A stretch of DNA of 64,000 nucleotides from a bacterium. GTDB taxonomy: Bacteria > UBA8248. Of the stretch, positions 1 through 10,975 are shown piece after piece (within the stretch, counting starts at the first letter, position 1; each line of letters starts with the position of its first letter). A program made the translations under genes and the position numbers. The stretch spans positions 1,472,001 through 1,536,000 of the forward strand of contig CBDBZU010000004.1 of assembly GCA_965213625.1 (NCBI GenBank), given 5' to 3'. The notes beneath the pieces were generated by a model that was given only the letters and a program-made list of their open reading frames with translations, ran no database searches and was not told the origin of the DNA.

Positions 1-1
1 G

Positions 2-1027
2 GAGAAGATGCAGGAACTCGGCTTTTTCGGTTTTACGATACCCGAGGAATACGGCGGGAGCGGCATGGACGAGGTTTGCTACGCCATCGCCATGGAGGAG
101 CTGTCCGTCGGCTGGATGAGCGTGGCCGGCATCCTCGGCACGCACATGATGACCGCCTGGATGATTCTGAACTACGGGACGGATGAGCAGAAAAAAACCT
201 ACCTGCCCAAGATGGCCACCGGCGAGTGGCACTCGGGCATGGCGCTCACAGAACCGGGCTCGGGTTCCGACGCCGCCGCTCTCAAGACGCGCGCGGTGCG
301 TGAAGACGACCAGTGGGTGTTGAACGGCTCCAAGATGTTCATCTCGAACGCCGAGCACGGCACGATGTTCAGCGTGTTCGCGCGCACCGACCCGGAAAAA
401 TCGAAAGCAAAGGGCATCTCCTGCATCCTCGTCCACAAGGGAACGCCCGGCTTTCAGGTGAGCAGGCATCTTAAAAAAATGGGCTACCGGGGCATCCGCA
501 CGAGCGAACTCGTGTTCGAGGACGCGCGCGTGCCGCTCGAAAACCTGCTTGGTGAGGAGAACGAGGGTTTTCCGATGATCATGAGCGGGCTCGAGGGCGG
601 CCGCGTCAACGTGGCGGCGCGCAGCGTGGGTCTCGCCCGCGCGGCATTCGAGGATTCGATGCGTTATTCCCAGCAGCGCGAGACTTTCGGCAAGCCGCTG
701 GCGGGGCATCAGCTGATACAGGCGAAGCTCGCCGAGATGGGAACGCGCATCCACGCGGCGAAGCTCATGACGTATCACGCGGCGAACCTGAAGGCCCAGG
801 GCAAGCGGTGCGACCTCGAAGCCGGCATGGCCAAGTTTTTCGCTTCGGAGACGGCGGAGTTCTGCGCGAGCGAGGCCATTCAGGTGCACGGCGGCATGGG
901 CTACATCCAGGAATTGCCCGTGGAGCGCTATTTCAGGGACTCGAAACTCCTGGTGGTGGGCGAGGGCTCGAACGAGATTCAGCGCCTCATCATCGCCAAG
1001 AGGCTTCTGGAGCAATACCCCGCCTAG
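2..1027 (+). CDS. Acyl-CoA dehydrogenase (5' end lies outside the window)
   Basis: Motifs ALTEPGSGSD, LNGSKMFISN, QRETFGKPL, QVHGGMGY, GEGSNEIQR. The frame is open to the window edge. Confidence 0.95.
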   Translation, partial: EKMQELGFFGFTIPEEYGGSGMDEVCYAIAMEELSVGWMSVAGILGTHMMTAWMILNYGTDEQKKTYLPKMATGEWHSGMALTEPGSGSDAAALKTRAVREDDQWVLNGSKMFISNAEHGTMFSVFARTDPEKSKAKGISCILVHKGTPGFQVSRHLKKMGYRGIRTSELVFEDARVPLENLLGEENEGFPMIMSGLEGGRVNVAARSVGLARAAFEDSMRYSQQRETFGKPLAGHQLIQAKLAEMGTRIHAAKLMTYHAANLKAQGKRCDLEAGMAKFFASETAEFCASEAIQVHGGMGYIQELPVERYFRDSKLLVVGEGSNEIQRLIIAKRLLEQYPA

Positions 1028-1061
1028 AGGGGTGGACGGGCGCCAGACAAGGAGAACAAAA

Positions 1062-1565
1062 ATGCCTGATTTTCAGATGGGACGCTGGTTCGAGGATTTT
1101 GTGGTGGGCGAGGTCATCAAGCACAGGCCGGGCCGCACCATACTCGAATCGGACAACACCTGGTTTACCCTGCTCACGAACAACACCCACCCGATCCATT
1201 TCGACGCCCACTATGCGTCCAAGACCCAGTTCGGAAAGCCGCTGGTGAACTCCGCCTTAACACTGGCCGTCGTGGCCGGCATGACAGTCACAGACACCTC
1301 CTACCGCTCGGTGGCGAACCTGGAGTGGACCTACATCAAGATGCCCGCCCCGGTATTCGCAGGCGATACGCTCTACTCGGAATCGGAAATTCTCGACAAG
1401 CGCGAATCGAAGAGCAGGCCCGACCGCGGCATCGTCACCATCAAGACGCGCGCCCACAACCAGCGCGGGGAACTCGTGATGGAATACGAGCGCAAATCCA
1501 TGGCCGCCAAGAAGGGCATGGGTGCCATACCCGATTACGACAACATCGAGTTTGACGGGGAGTAA
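1062..1565 (+). CDS. MaoC-family (hotdog) enoyl-CoA hydratase/dehydratase
   Basis: GRWFEDFVVG, HRPGRTI, NTHPIHFD, PVFAGDTL. AAGGAG RBS before the ATG at 1062. Confidence 0.92.
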   Translation: MPDFQMGRWFEDFVVGEVIKHRPGRTILESDNTWFTLLTNNTHPIHFDAHYASKTQFGKPLVNSALTLAVVAGMTVTDTSYRSVANLEWTYIKMPAPVFAGDTLYSESEILDKRESKSRPDRGIVTIKTRAHNQRGELVMEYERKSMAAKKGMGAIPDYDNIEFDGE

Positions 1566-1609
1566 GGGGGCGGCCTACCGGAATTCCTGTTTGAAAGATG
1601 ATGCCGGTT

Positions 1610-1993
1610 CTACTTGCTCGTTCGCTCGATGAGGGTTCGCAGGGCGAGGCTGTCATCCTCCGCTCGCTTCATGAGCATATCCAGCGCCTTGCCACTGCCT
1701 TCTGTTCGCTTGATGAGCGCATCCAACGCCTTGCCGTCTTTTTCCGCACGTTTCATGAGTATGTCCAGCGTCTTGTCTCGAGCGATCGCAGCGCGACGCA
1801 TGAACAAAAGTCCCACGCCGATGAGCGCGCATTGCGCAAAACCCACCGCGCCGGCCACCCATACACCGGCGTATTGGATTGCGAGCGCCGATTCCTGCAA
1901 TATCAGCGCCGATTGTTGCACGTCGAGCGTCGATTTTTGGACTGCCAACATGGAGTTTTGTATCGCCAAGGTCGCTATTTCGAATTCGGTCAT
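1610..1993 (-). CDS. Small single-TM hypothetical protein with 7-aa and 14-aa tandem repeats
   Basis: MTEFEIATLAIQ start with GGGGAAAG RBS, heptad repeats, one hydrophobic helix, then K(A/T)LDxLxKRxE repeats. Confidence 0.7.
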   Translation of the reverse strand: MTEFEIATLAIQNSMLAVQKSTLDVQQSALILQESALAIQYAGVWVAGAVGFAQCALIGVGLLFMRRAAIARDKTLDILMKRAEKDGKALDALIKRTEGSGKALDMLMKRAEDDSLALRTLIERTSK

Positions 1994-2269
1994 CGTTCTT
2001 TCCCCATAAAGTTCTCTTTTCTTCCAAGTTGTATGCCAGTTCCCCACATTAGGTTCTCACAAGAATGCTTGTCAACTCTTCTCCGAATCGCACCCGCCAA
2101 GCCTCATGATTTGCACGAAACAGCGCCGCCCATTTGACCCCCATCCCCTCTTTGCGGGCGTTGGGGCGTGTGGTAGTATCTCGCGGTCGTATTTCGGAAC
2201 GAGAAGCGCGTGCGAGGGCCATCGGCTTCTCATCCATTCCAAACACCTGATACGAGCGAGGGAAAAGTC

Positions 2270-3451
2270 TTGTCTGAAGAGCTGAATCCGCATCTGCGTT
2301 TACTGCTGGGGCCGGGGCCGAGCCCGGTTCACCCGAGAATACTGAAAGCCATGAGCACCCATGTGGTGGGGCATCTGGACCCCGATTTTCTGGCGGTGAT
2401 GGACGACTGCCAGGGAATGCTGCGTGAGCTATTCAACACCGAGAACCAGGTGACGTTCCCCGTATCTGGCACGGGAAGCGCTGCGATGGAGGCTTCCGTC
2501 TGCAACATCATCGAGCCGGGCGATAAGGCCATCGTCTGTGTGAACGGCGTGTTCGGCGGACGCATGAGCGACGTCGCTTCCCGCTACGGGGCGGAGGTCG
2601 TCACCGTGGAAGCCCCTTGGGGCCAGCCGATCGACCCCCAGGACGTGAAGGCCGCGCTCGACGCCAATCCCGACGCCGTGATGGTCGGGGTCGTCCATGC
2701 GGAAACCAGCACGGGCGTGCTCCAGCCGATGGAGGAGATTGGCGCGATGTGCCGCGAGCACGGCGCGCTCTTGCTGCTCGATTGCGTCACTTCCTTGGGC
2801 GGCGTGCCCGTGGAACTCGATAAGTGGGGGGTGGAGGTCGCCTACAGCGGCACGCAGAAATGCCTGGCGTGCCCGCCGGGCGTCGCGCCTATCACCTTCA
2901 GCGAGCGAGCGCTCGGCAAAGTGCGCGAGCGTAAATCGAAAGTCACGAGCTGGTATTTCGACGTGAGTATGGTGGAGAAATACTGGGGCAACGAGCGCGT
3001 CTATCACCACACAGGTCCCATCTCCATGAACTACGCGATCAGGGAAGCGCTCAGAATCATCTTTGATGAGGGTCTCGATGCGCGCTTTGCGAGACACGCC
3101 CTGGCGAGCAAGGCGTTACAGGCGGGCGTCGAGGCGCTCGGGATGTCCATGTTCGCCCAGGAGGGCGCGCGCACGCCCACCCTCAACACCGTAGCCCTCC
3201 GCGAGGGGACGGATGACGGCGCAGTCCGCAAGAGCCTGCTCAACGATTTCAACATCGAGATCGGCGGCGGACTGGGCGCGGTGGCCGGCAAGATCTGGCG
3301 TATCGGGATGATGGGCCACGGGGCTACCCAGGCCAACGTCGTCTACCTTCTCTCGGCGCTGGAGGTGATTTTCTCCAAATTGGGGTATATTACAAAGGCT
3401 GGAGATGGTGTCGGAGCCGCTTCACAGGTCTATGCGGACGCGGCTTCCTGA
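2270..3451 (+). CDS. Alanine-glyoxylate/serine-pyruvate aminotransferase (class V PLP)
   Basis: [27 protein letters not shown]-lysine motif [15 protein letters not shown]. Confidence 0.95.
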   Translation: MSEELNPHLRLLLGPGPSPVHPRILKAMSTHVVGHLDPDFLAVMDDCQGMLRELFNTENQVTFPVSGTGSAAMEASVCNIIEPGDKAIVCVNGVFGGRMSDVASRYGAEVVTVEAPWGQPIDPQDVKAALDANPDAVMVGVVHAETSTGVLQPMEEIGAMCREHGALLLLDCVTSLGGVPVELDKWGVEVAYSGTQKCLACPPGVAPITFSERALGKVRERKSKVTSWYFDVSMVEKYWGNERVYHHTGPISMNYAIREALRIIFDEGLDARFARHALASKALQAGVEALGMSMFAQEGARTPTLNTVALREGTDDGAVRKSLLNDFNIEIGGGLGAVAGKIWRIGMMGHGATQANVVYLLSALEVIFSKLGYITKAGDGVGAASQVYADAAS

Positions 3452-3476
3452 TCATTCATCCAAAGGAGTTTAGCCG

Positions 3477-3677
3477 ATGTTCCCGATGAATATGGGCATT
3501 CCCGAGCTTCTGGTCATTCTCGCGATCTGCGTGCTGGTTTTCGGCGCGAAGCGGTTGCCCGAAATCGGCTCGGGGCTCGCTCGAGGCATCAAGAGCTTCA
3601 AGAAGGGGATGACCGACGACCCGGAACTGCCCGACAAGAAAGAGGCGTCAGCCGCAGGAGAGGGCGATAAGGGCTGA
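3477..3677 (+). CDS. tatA: Twin-arginine translocase TatA/E subunit
   Basis: [46 protein letters not shown]. Confidence 0.95.
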   Translation: MFPMNMGIPELLVILAICVLVFGAKRLPEIGSGLARGIKSFKKGMTDDPELPDKKEASAAGEGDKG

Positions 3678-3931
3678 AGAGCCGGTTCGTATTCTTCCTC
3701 GCGCGTGAATCCTGAAGTGTTCACCGCGGCGGGTCGTTTCTTTGAATGGCGATGATGCACTGCGCCTGCCGAGAGTTGCGGTAGATGGGCAGGGGATAGC
3801 CTTTCAGGGCGCTGCGTGGCCTTATCCTTTCAAGAGGGCGCCGGAAGAAGTCCCGTGAACGCCGGCTAAATTTTGTGACCAGCCCTGCGCGCGCAGCGGT
3901 TGGTTTTTCATTTTGAAGTCGGAGATACCGG

Positions 3932-5173
3932 GTGGAATTCTTCAAGGTCGTATCACCAAAAGAAGCGAAAAGCGCGCTTCAAGGCTTCCGTGCTTTGGGG
4001 GAGGAGCGCGTCTCTTCTTTTGACGCAGTAGGCCGCGTTCTGGCCTGTGACGTACGCTCTCCCGTCGACCTTCCCGATTTCGCGCGCGCCACGATGGACG
4101 GCTACGCGCTGAGAGCCTCGGATTCTTTCGGCGCGGGCGAAGCCATCCCCGCCTATCTCGATATCATTGGCCAGGTGCCTATGGGGGCGGCGCCGGAGTT
4201 CCCGGTGGGCCGGGGAGAGGCGGCGCGCATTTTGACGGGTGGCATGGTGCCGGAGGGCGCGGACGCCGTGGTGATGGAGGAGTTCACCTCGGCTCCCGAC
4301 GCGGAGACTCTGGAGGTACGGCGTCCCGCCGCCGTGGGCGAGAACGTCCTTGGCGTTGGCGATGATCTCAAAAAAGACGAGTTGATCCTCGGGGCGGGTG
4401 CCCGCCTGAGGAGCCAGGACGTGGGCGCGTTGGCCGGCGTGGGCGTCACTTCGGTGGAAGTCCACCGCCGTCCACGGGTGGCGATACTCCCCACGGGCGA
4501 TGAATTGGTCGACCCGCGCGAGACGCCGCGCGCAGGCCAGGTGCGCGATATCAACCGTTTCTCCCTCGCGGCGGGGGTGGTCGAGGCGGGAGGCGAGCCC
4601 GAGACCGAGGAGATTCTCCCCGACGATCTCGCCGTCATCAAAGAACGTCTTCATCAAGCGGTGGGTCGTGCGGACGTCGTGCTCATCTCGGGCGGAAGCT
4701 CCATGGGTCTACGTGACTATACGGTCGAGGCCATCGACTCGCTGGGCGAGCCGGGTGTTCTGGTGCACGGCATATCCATCAAGCCCGGCAAGCCGACCAT
4801 CATCGGGCGGATTGAGAGAGACGGCGAGGACAAGGCCGTCATCGGTATTCCGGGTCATCCGGTCTCGGCCCTCATGATCTTTCACGCCTTCGTCCGTCCC
4901 GTCATCCGGCAGTTGAGCGGCGAGGTCGCCCGCACCGAAGCGGAAAAGGAAGGTCTCGCGGCCACCCTTTCGAGGAACGTAGCCTCGGCTCCCGGACGCG
5001 AGGACCTGATTCGCGTTACGCTGGCAGAGGACGAGAACGGGCGCGTCGCCCATCCCCTCATGGGTAATTCCGCGATGATATCGACCATGACGAAGGCGGA
5101 CGGCTACATCACGATTCCCCTCGAAGCCGAGGGTCTGCGCGAGGGAGCGCAAGTGCGCGTGCATCTGTATTGA
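3932..5173 (+). CDS. moeA: Molybdopterin molybdotransferase MoeA
   Basis: PDFARATMDGYA, ILTGGMVPEGADAVVM, TGDEL, SGGSS, IKPGKP, GIPGHP. Confidence 0.95.
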   Translation: MEFFKVVSPKEAKSALQGFRALGEERVSSFDAVGRVLACDVRSPVDLPDFARATMDGYALRASDSFGAGEAIPAYLDIIGQVPMGAAPEFPVGRGEAARILTGGMVPEGADAVVMEEFTSAPDAETLEVRRPAAVGENVLGVGDDLKKDELILGAGARLRSQDVGALAGVGVTSVEVHRRPRVAILPTGDELVDPRETPRAGQVRDINRFSLAAGVVEAGGEPETEEILPDDLAVIKERLHQAVGRADVVLISGGSSMGLRDYTVEAIDSLGEPGVLVHGISIKPGKPTIIGRIERDGEDKAVIGIPGHPVSALMIFHAFVRPVIRQLSGEVARTEAEKEGLAATLSRNVASAPGREDLIRVTLAEDENGRVAHPLMGNSAMISTMTKADGYITIPLEAEGLREGAQVRVHLY

Positions 5174-5214
5174 ACTCTGGCGCACGGTTTTCTCATTGAA
5201 TCAGGTATAAGCGA

Positions 5215-7164
5215 ATGAACAATTTACCCCTGGCCCAGGGGGGCCGGAAAATTTATTTGGAAAACATCCCGCGCGAAGAGGCGCTCTCGCGTCTTCTGGA
5301 GAAAGTGGGTGACTTCCGCTTGGGTGAGGAAGAAATTCCGACGCCGGGGGCCTTGGGGCGCGTGACCTCGCGCGCGGCCTACGCGCAGGTTTCCAGCCCA
5401 CACTTTCACGCCGCCGCGATGGACGGCTACGCTCTCGTCTCGGCGGAAACTTCGGGCGCCACGCCCGTTGCGCCCAAAGAATTTCTCTTGGACGAAGAAG
5501 CCCACCCCCTCGACACAGGCGATCCCATGCCCGAGGGAACGGATTGCGTCGTCATGATCGAACACGTTCACGAGCCGACCCCCGGCGCGATTCGCATCGA
5601 GGCGGCGCTCTCGCCCTGGCAGAACGTGCGCGTGGCGGGAGAGGACGTCGTAGAGGGCCAGCTCATACTCACGGCGGGGCATACTTTAAGGCCCTACGAT
5701 CTGGGCGCCCTTCTCGCGGCGGGGATCACCCGCGTGTGGGTTCGGCGGCGTCCGCGCGTCGCCATCATCCCCACCGGGGATGAACTCGTGGAAGCGGGCG
5801 CCGATCTCAAGCCCGGCGATCTGGTGGAGTTCAACTCGAGCGTCATGTCCGCCTTCATCACCGAGTGGGGGGGAGAAGCGCTCCCCGCCCCGATTCTCGA
5901 AGACAGGTTCGAGGCAATCGAGGGTGCGGTGCGAGACGCGCTCGAAAATGCGGATGTCGTTCTGGTGAACGCGGGTTCATCCGCAGGACGCGAGGATCAC
6001 ACTGCCGCCGTCGTCGAAAAACTGGGCGAACTCCTCGTTCACGGTGTGGCCATATTCCCGGGCAAGCCCACCATACTGGGCGTTTGCGCATCGGAATCAA
6101 GCGCGCGCAAGCCGGTGCTCGGGATTCCGGGCTATCCGGTCTCGGCGGTGCTGGCGCTTCAGGAATTCGTACGTCCGCTCATGGCGCACATGGCGGGCGC
6201 GGCCCCCGGCGAGGAGGAGCGTATCAGCGCCTTCATGAGCCGGAAGAGCGCCTCGCGGCTGGGGATGGAGGAGTTCTTGCGCGTGAAGTTGGGACAAGTG
6301 GGTGAGCGGATGGTTTGCCTACCCGCAAAGCGCGGGGCCAGCGTCATCAGTTCGCTTGTGGAGGCGGATGGCGTGGTGCGCGTACCCCCCCACTCGGAGG
6401 GAATCGAGACGGGTGAGGAGGTAACGGTCGAGTTGTTGAGGCCCTTCGCCGATATCCGGGGCAACCTGCTCATGGCGGGCAGCCACGACAACGCGCTCGA
6501 CCTGCTGGCGGACGAGTTGAGAGCGCGCCACCACGACACGCGTCTTTCCGCCTCGGCGGTGGGTTCGCTGGCGGGCCTTATCGCCGTGCGCGACGGCGAG
6601 GCGCACATCGCGGGCAGCCACCTGCTCGACCCCGAGACCGGGGAGTACAACTGGTACTACATCGAACGCTATTTGAAAGGCCGTGAGGTCGTAGTGGTGA
6701 ATTTCGTGCAAAGAGAACAGGGCATCCTCACGCCCAGCGGGAACCCCAAGGGTATCACCGGCGTAGCGGATCTGAGCCGTGAAGATGTCTCCATCATCAA
6801 CCGCCAGAGCGGAGCGGGCACGCGGGTGCTGCTCGATCACCTCATGTCGCGCGAGGGTCTCTCGCCAGGCGATGTACATGGCTATGAACGGGTGGAGACC
6901 ACGCACATGGCGTTGGCCATGGCGGTTGCGGCCGGGCGCGCTGATTGCGGCCTGGGGATTTTCGCTGCAGCGCACATGCTGGGTCTTAATTTCATCCCGC
7001 TTGAGCGCGAACGGTTCGATTTCATCGTACCGAAGGAACAATGGGAGACGCCCGCAATCCAGAAAGTGGTGGATATTTTGAACGATGAGGCTTTTCGGGA
7101 TGCCGTGGAGGCGCTGGGCGGGTATAATACGGAGTTGACCGGCCAGGTAATGGCCGCACCCTAG
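5215..7164 (+). CDS. moeA: MoeA fused to a C-terminal periplasmic-binding-protein (PBP/LysR substrate-binding-like) domain
   Basis: MoeA motifs (AAMDGYA, TGDEL, PGKP, PGYP) followed by GSHD...GSLAGL...INRQSGAGTR...ADCGLGI. Confidence 0.92.
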   Translation: MNNLPLAQGGRKIYLENIPREEALSRLLEKVGDFRLGEEEIPTPGALGRVTSRAAYAQVSSPHFHAAAMDGYALVSAETSGATPVAPKEFLLDEEAHPLDTGDPMPEGTDCVVMIEHVHEPTPGAIRIEAALSPWQNVRVAGEDVVEGQLILTAGHTLRPYDLGALLAAGITRVWVRRRPRVAIIPTGDELVEAGADLKPGDLVEFNSSVMSAFITEWGGEALPAPILEDRFEAIEGAVRDALENADVVLVNAGSSAGREDHTAAVVEKLGELLVHGVAIFPGKPTILGVCASESSARKPVLGIPGYPVSAVLALQEFVRPLMAHMAGAAPGEEERISAFMSRKSASRLGMEEFLRVKLGQVGERMVCLPAKRGASVISSLVEADGVVRVPPHSEGIETGEEVTVELLRPFADIRGNLLMAGSHDNALDLLADELRARHHDTRLSASAVGSLAGLIAVRDGEAHIAGSHLLDPETGEYNWYYIERYLKGREVVVVNFVQREQGILTPSGNPKGITGVADLSREDVSIINRQSGAGTRVLLDHLMSREGLSPGDVHGYERVETTHMALAMAVAAGRADCGLGIFAAAHMLGLNFIPLERERFDFIVPKEQWETPAIQKVVDILNDEAFRDAVEALGGYNTELTGQVMAAP

Positions 7165-7180
7165 AGAAAAGGTTGGAGAA

Positions 7181-8164
7181 ATGGCGTTATTCGATCGCTA
7201 CGGACGCGCGCACGATGATTTGAGAATCTCGGTGACGGACAGGTGCAACTTCCGGTGTTTTTACTGTATGCCCGAAGAAGGCATGACGTGGCTGCCCCAC
7301 GATGAGGTTCTGAATTACGAGGAGATCACCCGCGTGGTGCGCATCACCACCGAGCTGGGCTTCACGAGCTATCACTTGACCGGCGGCGAGCCGCTCCTGC
7401 GAAAGGATCTCCATAATCTCGTCGAGCAGATGGTGGAAGTACAGCCCGATATGGATCTGGCGCTTACGACCAATGGCGTCTTTCTCCCTAAAATGGCGAA
7501 AGATCTCTATGCGGCGGGCTTAAGACGCGTGAACATCAGCCTGGATTCCATGGACGCGGGCAAATTCCTGTTCATGACGCGCCGCGACGTGTTCGGCCAG
7601 GTGATGGAGGGCATCGAGGCGGCGGCAGAGGCCGGATTCTCACCCATCAAGATCAACGCGGTGGCGGTCAAGGGACTGAGCGAGGATGAATTGCCGCGCT
7701 TCGCGAAATGGTCGCGTGAGACGGGCCACGTCGTGCGTTTCATCGAATATATGCCGCTCGATGCGGACCGCACTTGGGCGCATGAGAAGGTCTTGTCGGC
7801 GGAGGAGATACTGGAAGGTTTATCCGTCGAAGGAGAACTCGAGCTCGTGAGCGGCCATCCCTCGGACCCCGCGACGCGCTACCGCTACAAGGACGGCAAG
7901 GGCGAGGTGGGCGTCATCGCCTCGGTCACGCGGCCTTTCTGTCAGGACTGCAACCGCATCCGCCTGACGGCGGACGGCATGGTGCGAACCTGCCTGTTCT
8001 CCACCGTCGAGCACGACGTCAAGAAAATGCTCAGGGGCGGTGCTACGGACGATGCGATAAAGGCCTGGCTCGCCGAGGTAGTGCTCACCAAGACGCCGGG
8101 CCACCTCATCGGTCAGGAAGAGTTCGTCCAGCCCGAACGCACGATGAGCTCCATCGGCGGCTAG
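7181..8164 (+). CDS. moaA: GTP 3',8-cyclase MoaA (radical SAM)
   Basis: [29 protein letters not shown]-terminal MSSIGG. Confidence 0.97.
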   Translation: MALFDRYGRAHDDLRISVTDRCNFRCFYCMPEEGMTWLPHDEVLNYEEITRVVRITTELGFTSYHLTGGEPLLRKDLHNLVEQMVEVQPDMDLALTTNGVFLPKMAKDLYAAGLRRVNISLDSMDAGKFLFMTRRDVFGQVMEGIEAAAEAGFSPIKINAVAVKGLSEDELPRFAKWSRETGHVVRFIEYMPLDADRTWAHEKVLSAEEILEGLSVEGELELVSGHPSDPATRYRYKDGKGEVGVIASVTRPFCQDCNRIRLTADGMVRTCLFSTVEHDVKKMLRGGATDDAIKAWLAEVVLTKTPGHLIGQEEFVQPERTMSSIGG

Positions 8165-8279
8165 ATTTTTTTCCTGTCAATCGACATTCAAATACTTAGG
8201 TGAAGGAATAGAATCCGCTCCCGTAGCGTATGCTTGCGCGTTGTTCGAGAACCTGAACGACGATAGAAGGAGGTTAGTT

Positions 8280-9149
8280 GTGCCTTGGACTGAAAAGAAA
8301 CGCTGCGAGGTGCTGGGCCGCACCATGGCTTATGTAGAGATCGGCGAGGGCGACCCAATCGTCTTTCTACACGGGAACCCGACTTCCTCTTATCTTTGGC
8401 GCGGCGTCATTCCCCACCTCGCTTCACTTGGCCGCTGCATCGCGCCGGACCTGATCGGTATGGGCGATTCCGACAAGCTGGAGTGCAGCGGCCCGGGCCG
8501 CTACCGCTTTGTAGAGCACCGCCGCTTTCTCGACGCGCTTCTGGAGGCTTTGGGCGTCGTCGAGCGCGTCACGCTCATCATGCATGACTGGGGCTCGGCG
8601 CTTGGCTTCGACTGGGCCAACCGACACCGCGACGCCGTGGAGGGCCTCGCCTATATGGAGGCCATCGTGCAACCGCTCTCTTGGGCGCAATGGCCAGATG
8701 CGGCGGAGCGGGTCTTTCAGGGGTTCCGCTCGGAAAACGGCGAGTCCATGGTTTTGGAGAACAACGTGTTCGTCGAGCGCGTACTGCCCGGTTCGATCAA
8801 GCGAAAACTTTCCGAGGAGGAGATGGCCGAATATCGCCGCCCCTTCGCAAAACCCGGAGAAGGCCGCCGCCCGACCCTCACCTGGCCGCGCGAGATTCCC
8901 ATCGATGGCGAGCCTGCGGACGTGACCGAAATCGTCGGTAGTTACGCCGCCTGGCTTCGCGAATCTCCCGTTCCCAAGCTGTTCATTAACGCCGAGCCGG
9001 GCGCCATCCTCATAAGCGAGCAGCGCGAGTTCTGCCGCACCTGGCCGAATCAGACCGAAGTCACCGTGCCGGGGATCCACTTCATCCAGGAGGATTCTCC
9101 GGACGAAATCGGCCGTGCAATCGCCGAGTGGCTCGGTAAGCTTGACTGA
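8280..9149 (+). CDS. Haloalkane dehalogenase (LinB/DhaA-type alpha/beta hydrolase)
   Basis: [11 protein letters not shown], nucleophile HDWG, YMEAI acid, WPREIP, HFIQED base. AGGAGG precedes the GTG at 8280. Confidence 0.93.
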   Translation: MPWTEKKRCEVLGRTMAYVEIGEGDPIVFLHGNPTSSYLWRGVIPHLASLGRCIAPDLIGMGDSDKLECSGPGRYRFVEHRRFLDALLEALGVVERVTLIMHDWGSALGFDWANRHRDAVEGLAYMEAIVQPLSWAQWPDAAERVFQGFRSENGESMVLENNVFVERVLPGSIKRKLSEEEMAEYRRPFAKPGEGRRPTLTWPREIPIDGEPADVTEIVGSYAAWLRESPVPKLFINAEPGAILISEQREFCRTWPNQTEVTVPGIHFIQEDSPDEIGRAIAEWLGKLD

Positions 9150-9481
9150 GGTCTCTCCAGTCCTGAAATGTTATCGACTGTTGTATGTATCCTGGGCAAG
9201 TCATTCTAAATGAAGAGATTTTCACGATTATAGCGAAATTAGCTATCTTATAAGAAAACCATAAACTCTCTAACTTAGATATAAACTTCTTTTCCAGGTC
9301 CGATGCGCAATCGCCCTTTGGGTACCGGTTGCCCGCCTATTCCCCGTGCCACTACCCGAGGAACCCGTCTGCGTCCAAAAGAGAACACACGAGGTTTGTG
9401 ATAAGATCGATTGCGTCGCTTTTTATCATCCGTCGTGTGAAAGGTTCGTCGCCGGGTTTCTCTTTCGGGAGCCGCGAGAAG

Positions 9482-10957
9482 ATGTCTGCAAGAGCAGTCG
9501 CTGTGCTCATCATGTTGTTCATCGTTGCGGGTGAGTTCACCTACGCCTACGCGGGCCGCCCCAGGGGGCGGAGAAACCGCATCGTCACGGTTCAGGTGCA
9601 AGAAGTCGCAGTGGGCCGCCTGGGCAGGCGCGTGGCGGCCACGGGAACCTTGCTGGCCCAAAGCGAAGTGAAGCTCATGTCCCGCGCCGAGGGTCAGGTG
9701 CGTGAAGTTCTGGTGCGTGAGGGCGCTCCGGTAAAGAAGGGGCAAATCCTCTCGCGTCTTGATTCCACCATCAAACGGATAGACTTGAAGCTGGCGCAGA
9801 GCGAACTCGCCGCCGCGCGTTCGAACCTCCAAAGACTCAAGGCCGGTAGCAGGCCGGAGGAAATCGCCGCTGCCGCAGCCGCCGTCGCGCAGGCGGAGGC
9901 GACGCGCAAGCGCAGCGAGGCGGAACTCACCTCCGCTCTCGCCAGACAGGAGGAGGCGGAGGCCAACGCGCGTTCTCTGGGCTCCTTGCACCAAAAGGGC
10001 GTCATCAGCGAGCGGGAGTGGCGCAAGGCGACGACGGAAGCGAATCGCGCCCGAGCGGACGTTGCCGAGCGCCGGGCGCGTCTCGCGGAGGATGCCGCCC
10101 GCGTGCAGGTTGCAAAGGAAAAGCTCAAGCTGGTGAAAATCGGCGCGCGCGTGGAAGAAGTCGACATGGCGCAGGCGCAGGTAAGCCAGCGTATGCAGTG
10201 GGTAAGGCGGTTAAAGGTCGAGGTGGAATACTACACTGTCCGCGCGCCCATATCGGGCGTCGTCACCGATAGGAGAATCGAACCCGGAGACCTGGCGGTG
10301 AACCGGGCGCACCTGTTCACCATCGCCCAGACGGACACGCTGCGCGCCCGGGTGCGGGTGAGTGAACTGGATCTGCCGCTCATCAAGATAGGCCAGGGCG
10401 CGCGGGTCGAACTCGACGCCTATCGGAACCGTTCGTTCTCGGGGAAGCTGACGCGGATTTTCCCGAGTGTGGACCCGAGTTCGCGCCAGCTCATCGTGGA
10501 GGTGGACGTTCAAAACCCGGATTCCTCTTTAAGGCCCGGTCTTCTCGCCCGCGTGAAGTTCGATCCCCTGTTGGGCAGGCGCTCGATCAATCTGCCGGTT
10601 CACGCCGTGATCTGGGACGGGGACTTGCGCACGAAGTCGGGAGCGGTCTTCGTCGTGAGAAGGATCCAGCGGGGAGCGGGGAGCGGTGGCCGCGCAAGAA
10701 GAGGTGATGCGCGCGGGGGCGGGCAGGGCGGCCCCGGCATGAGAGGCGGTGCGCGCAGGGGAATGGCCGAAGCGAGCGGACGCGGCGCGGGGAGGAGCGG
10801 TCCACGCTTCATGGCGGTGCGCCGCGAGGTGCGCCTGGGCGAGATGATCGACGGGCGTATCGAGATACTCGAGGGTCTGCGAGTGGGTGAGCGGGTGGTG
10901 GTGAGCGCCATCAACCAGCTAAGGGACAGACGGCCCATTCGGGTCGTTGGGCCTTAA
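9482..10957 (+). CDS. RND efflux periplasmic adaptor (MFP) with long coiled coil and Gly/Arg-rich insert
   Basis: VREGAPVKKGQIL, VRAPISGVV, LRPGLLARV, EILEGLRVGERVV. Start codon uncertain. Confidence 0.88.
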   Translation: MSARAVAVLIMLFIVAGEFTYAYAGRPRGRRNRIVTVQVQEVAVGRLGRRVAATGTLLAQSEVKLMSRAEGQVREVLVREGAPVKKGQILSRLDSTIKRIDLKLAQSELAAARSNLQRLKAGSRPEEIAAAAAAVAQAEATRKRSEAELTSALARQEEAEANARSLGSLHQKGVISEREWRKATTEANRARADVAERRARLAEDAARVQVAKEKLKLVKIGARVEEVDMAQAQVSQRMQWVRRLKVEVEYYTVRAPISGVVTDRRIEPGDLAVNRAHLFTIAQTDTLRARVRVSELDLPLIKIGQGARVELDAYRNRSFSGKLTRIFPSVDPSSRQLIVEVDVQNPDSSLRPGLLARVKFDPLLGRRSINLPVHAVIWDGDLRTKSGAVFVVRRIQRGAGSGGRARRGDARGGGQGGPGMRGGARRGMAEASGRGAGRSGPRFMAVRREVRLGEMIDGRIEILEGLRVGERVVVSAINQLRDRRPIRVVGP

Positions 10958-10975
10958 GATTACAGGAGTGGCCCC

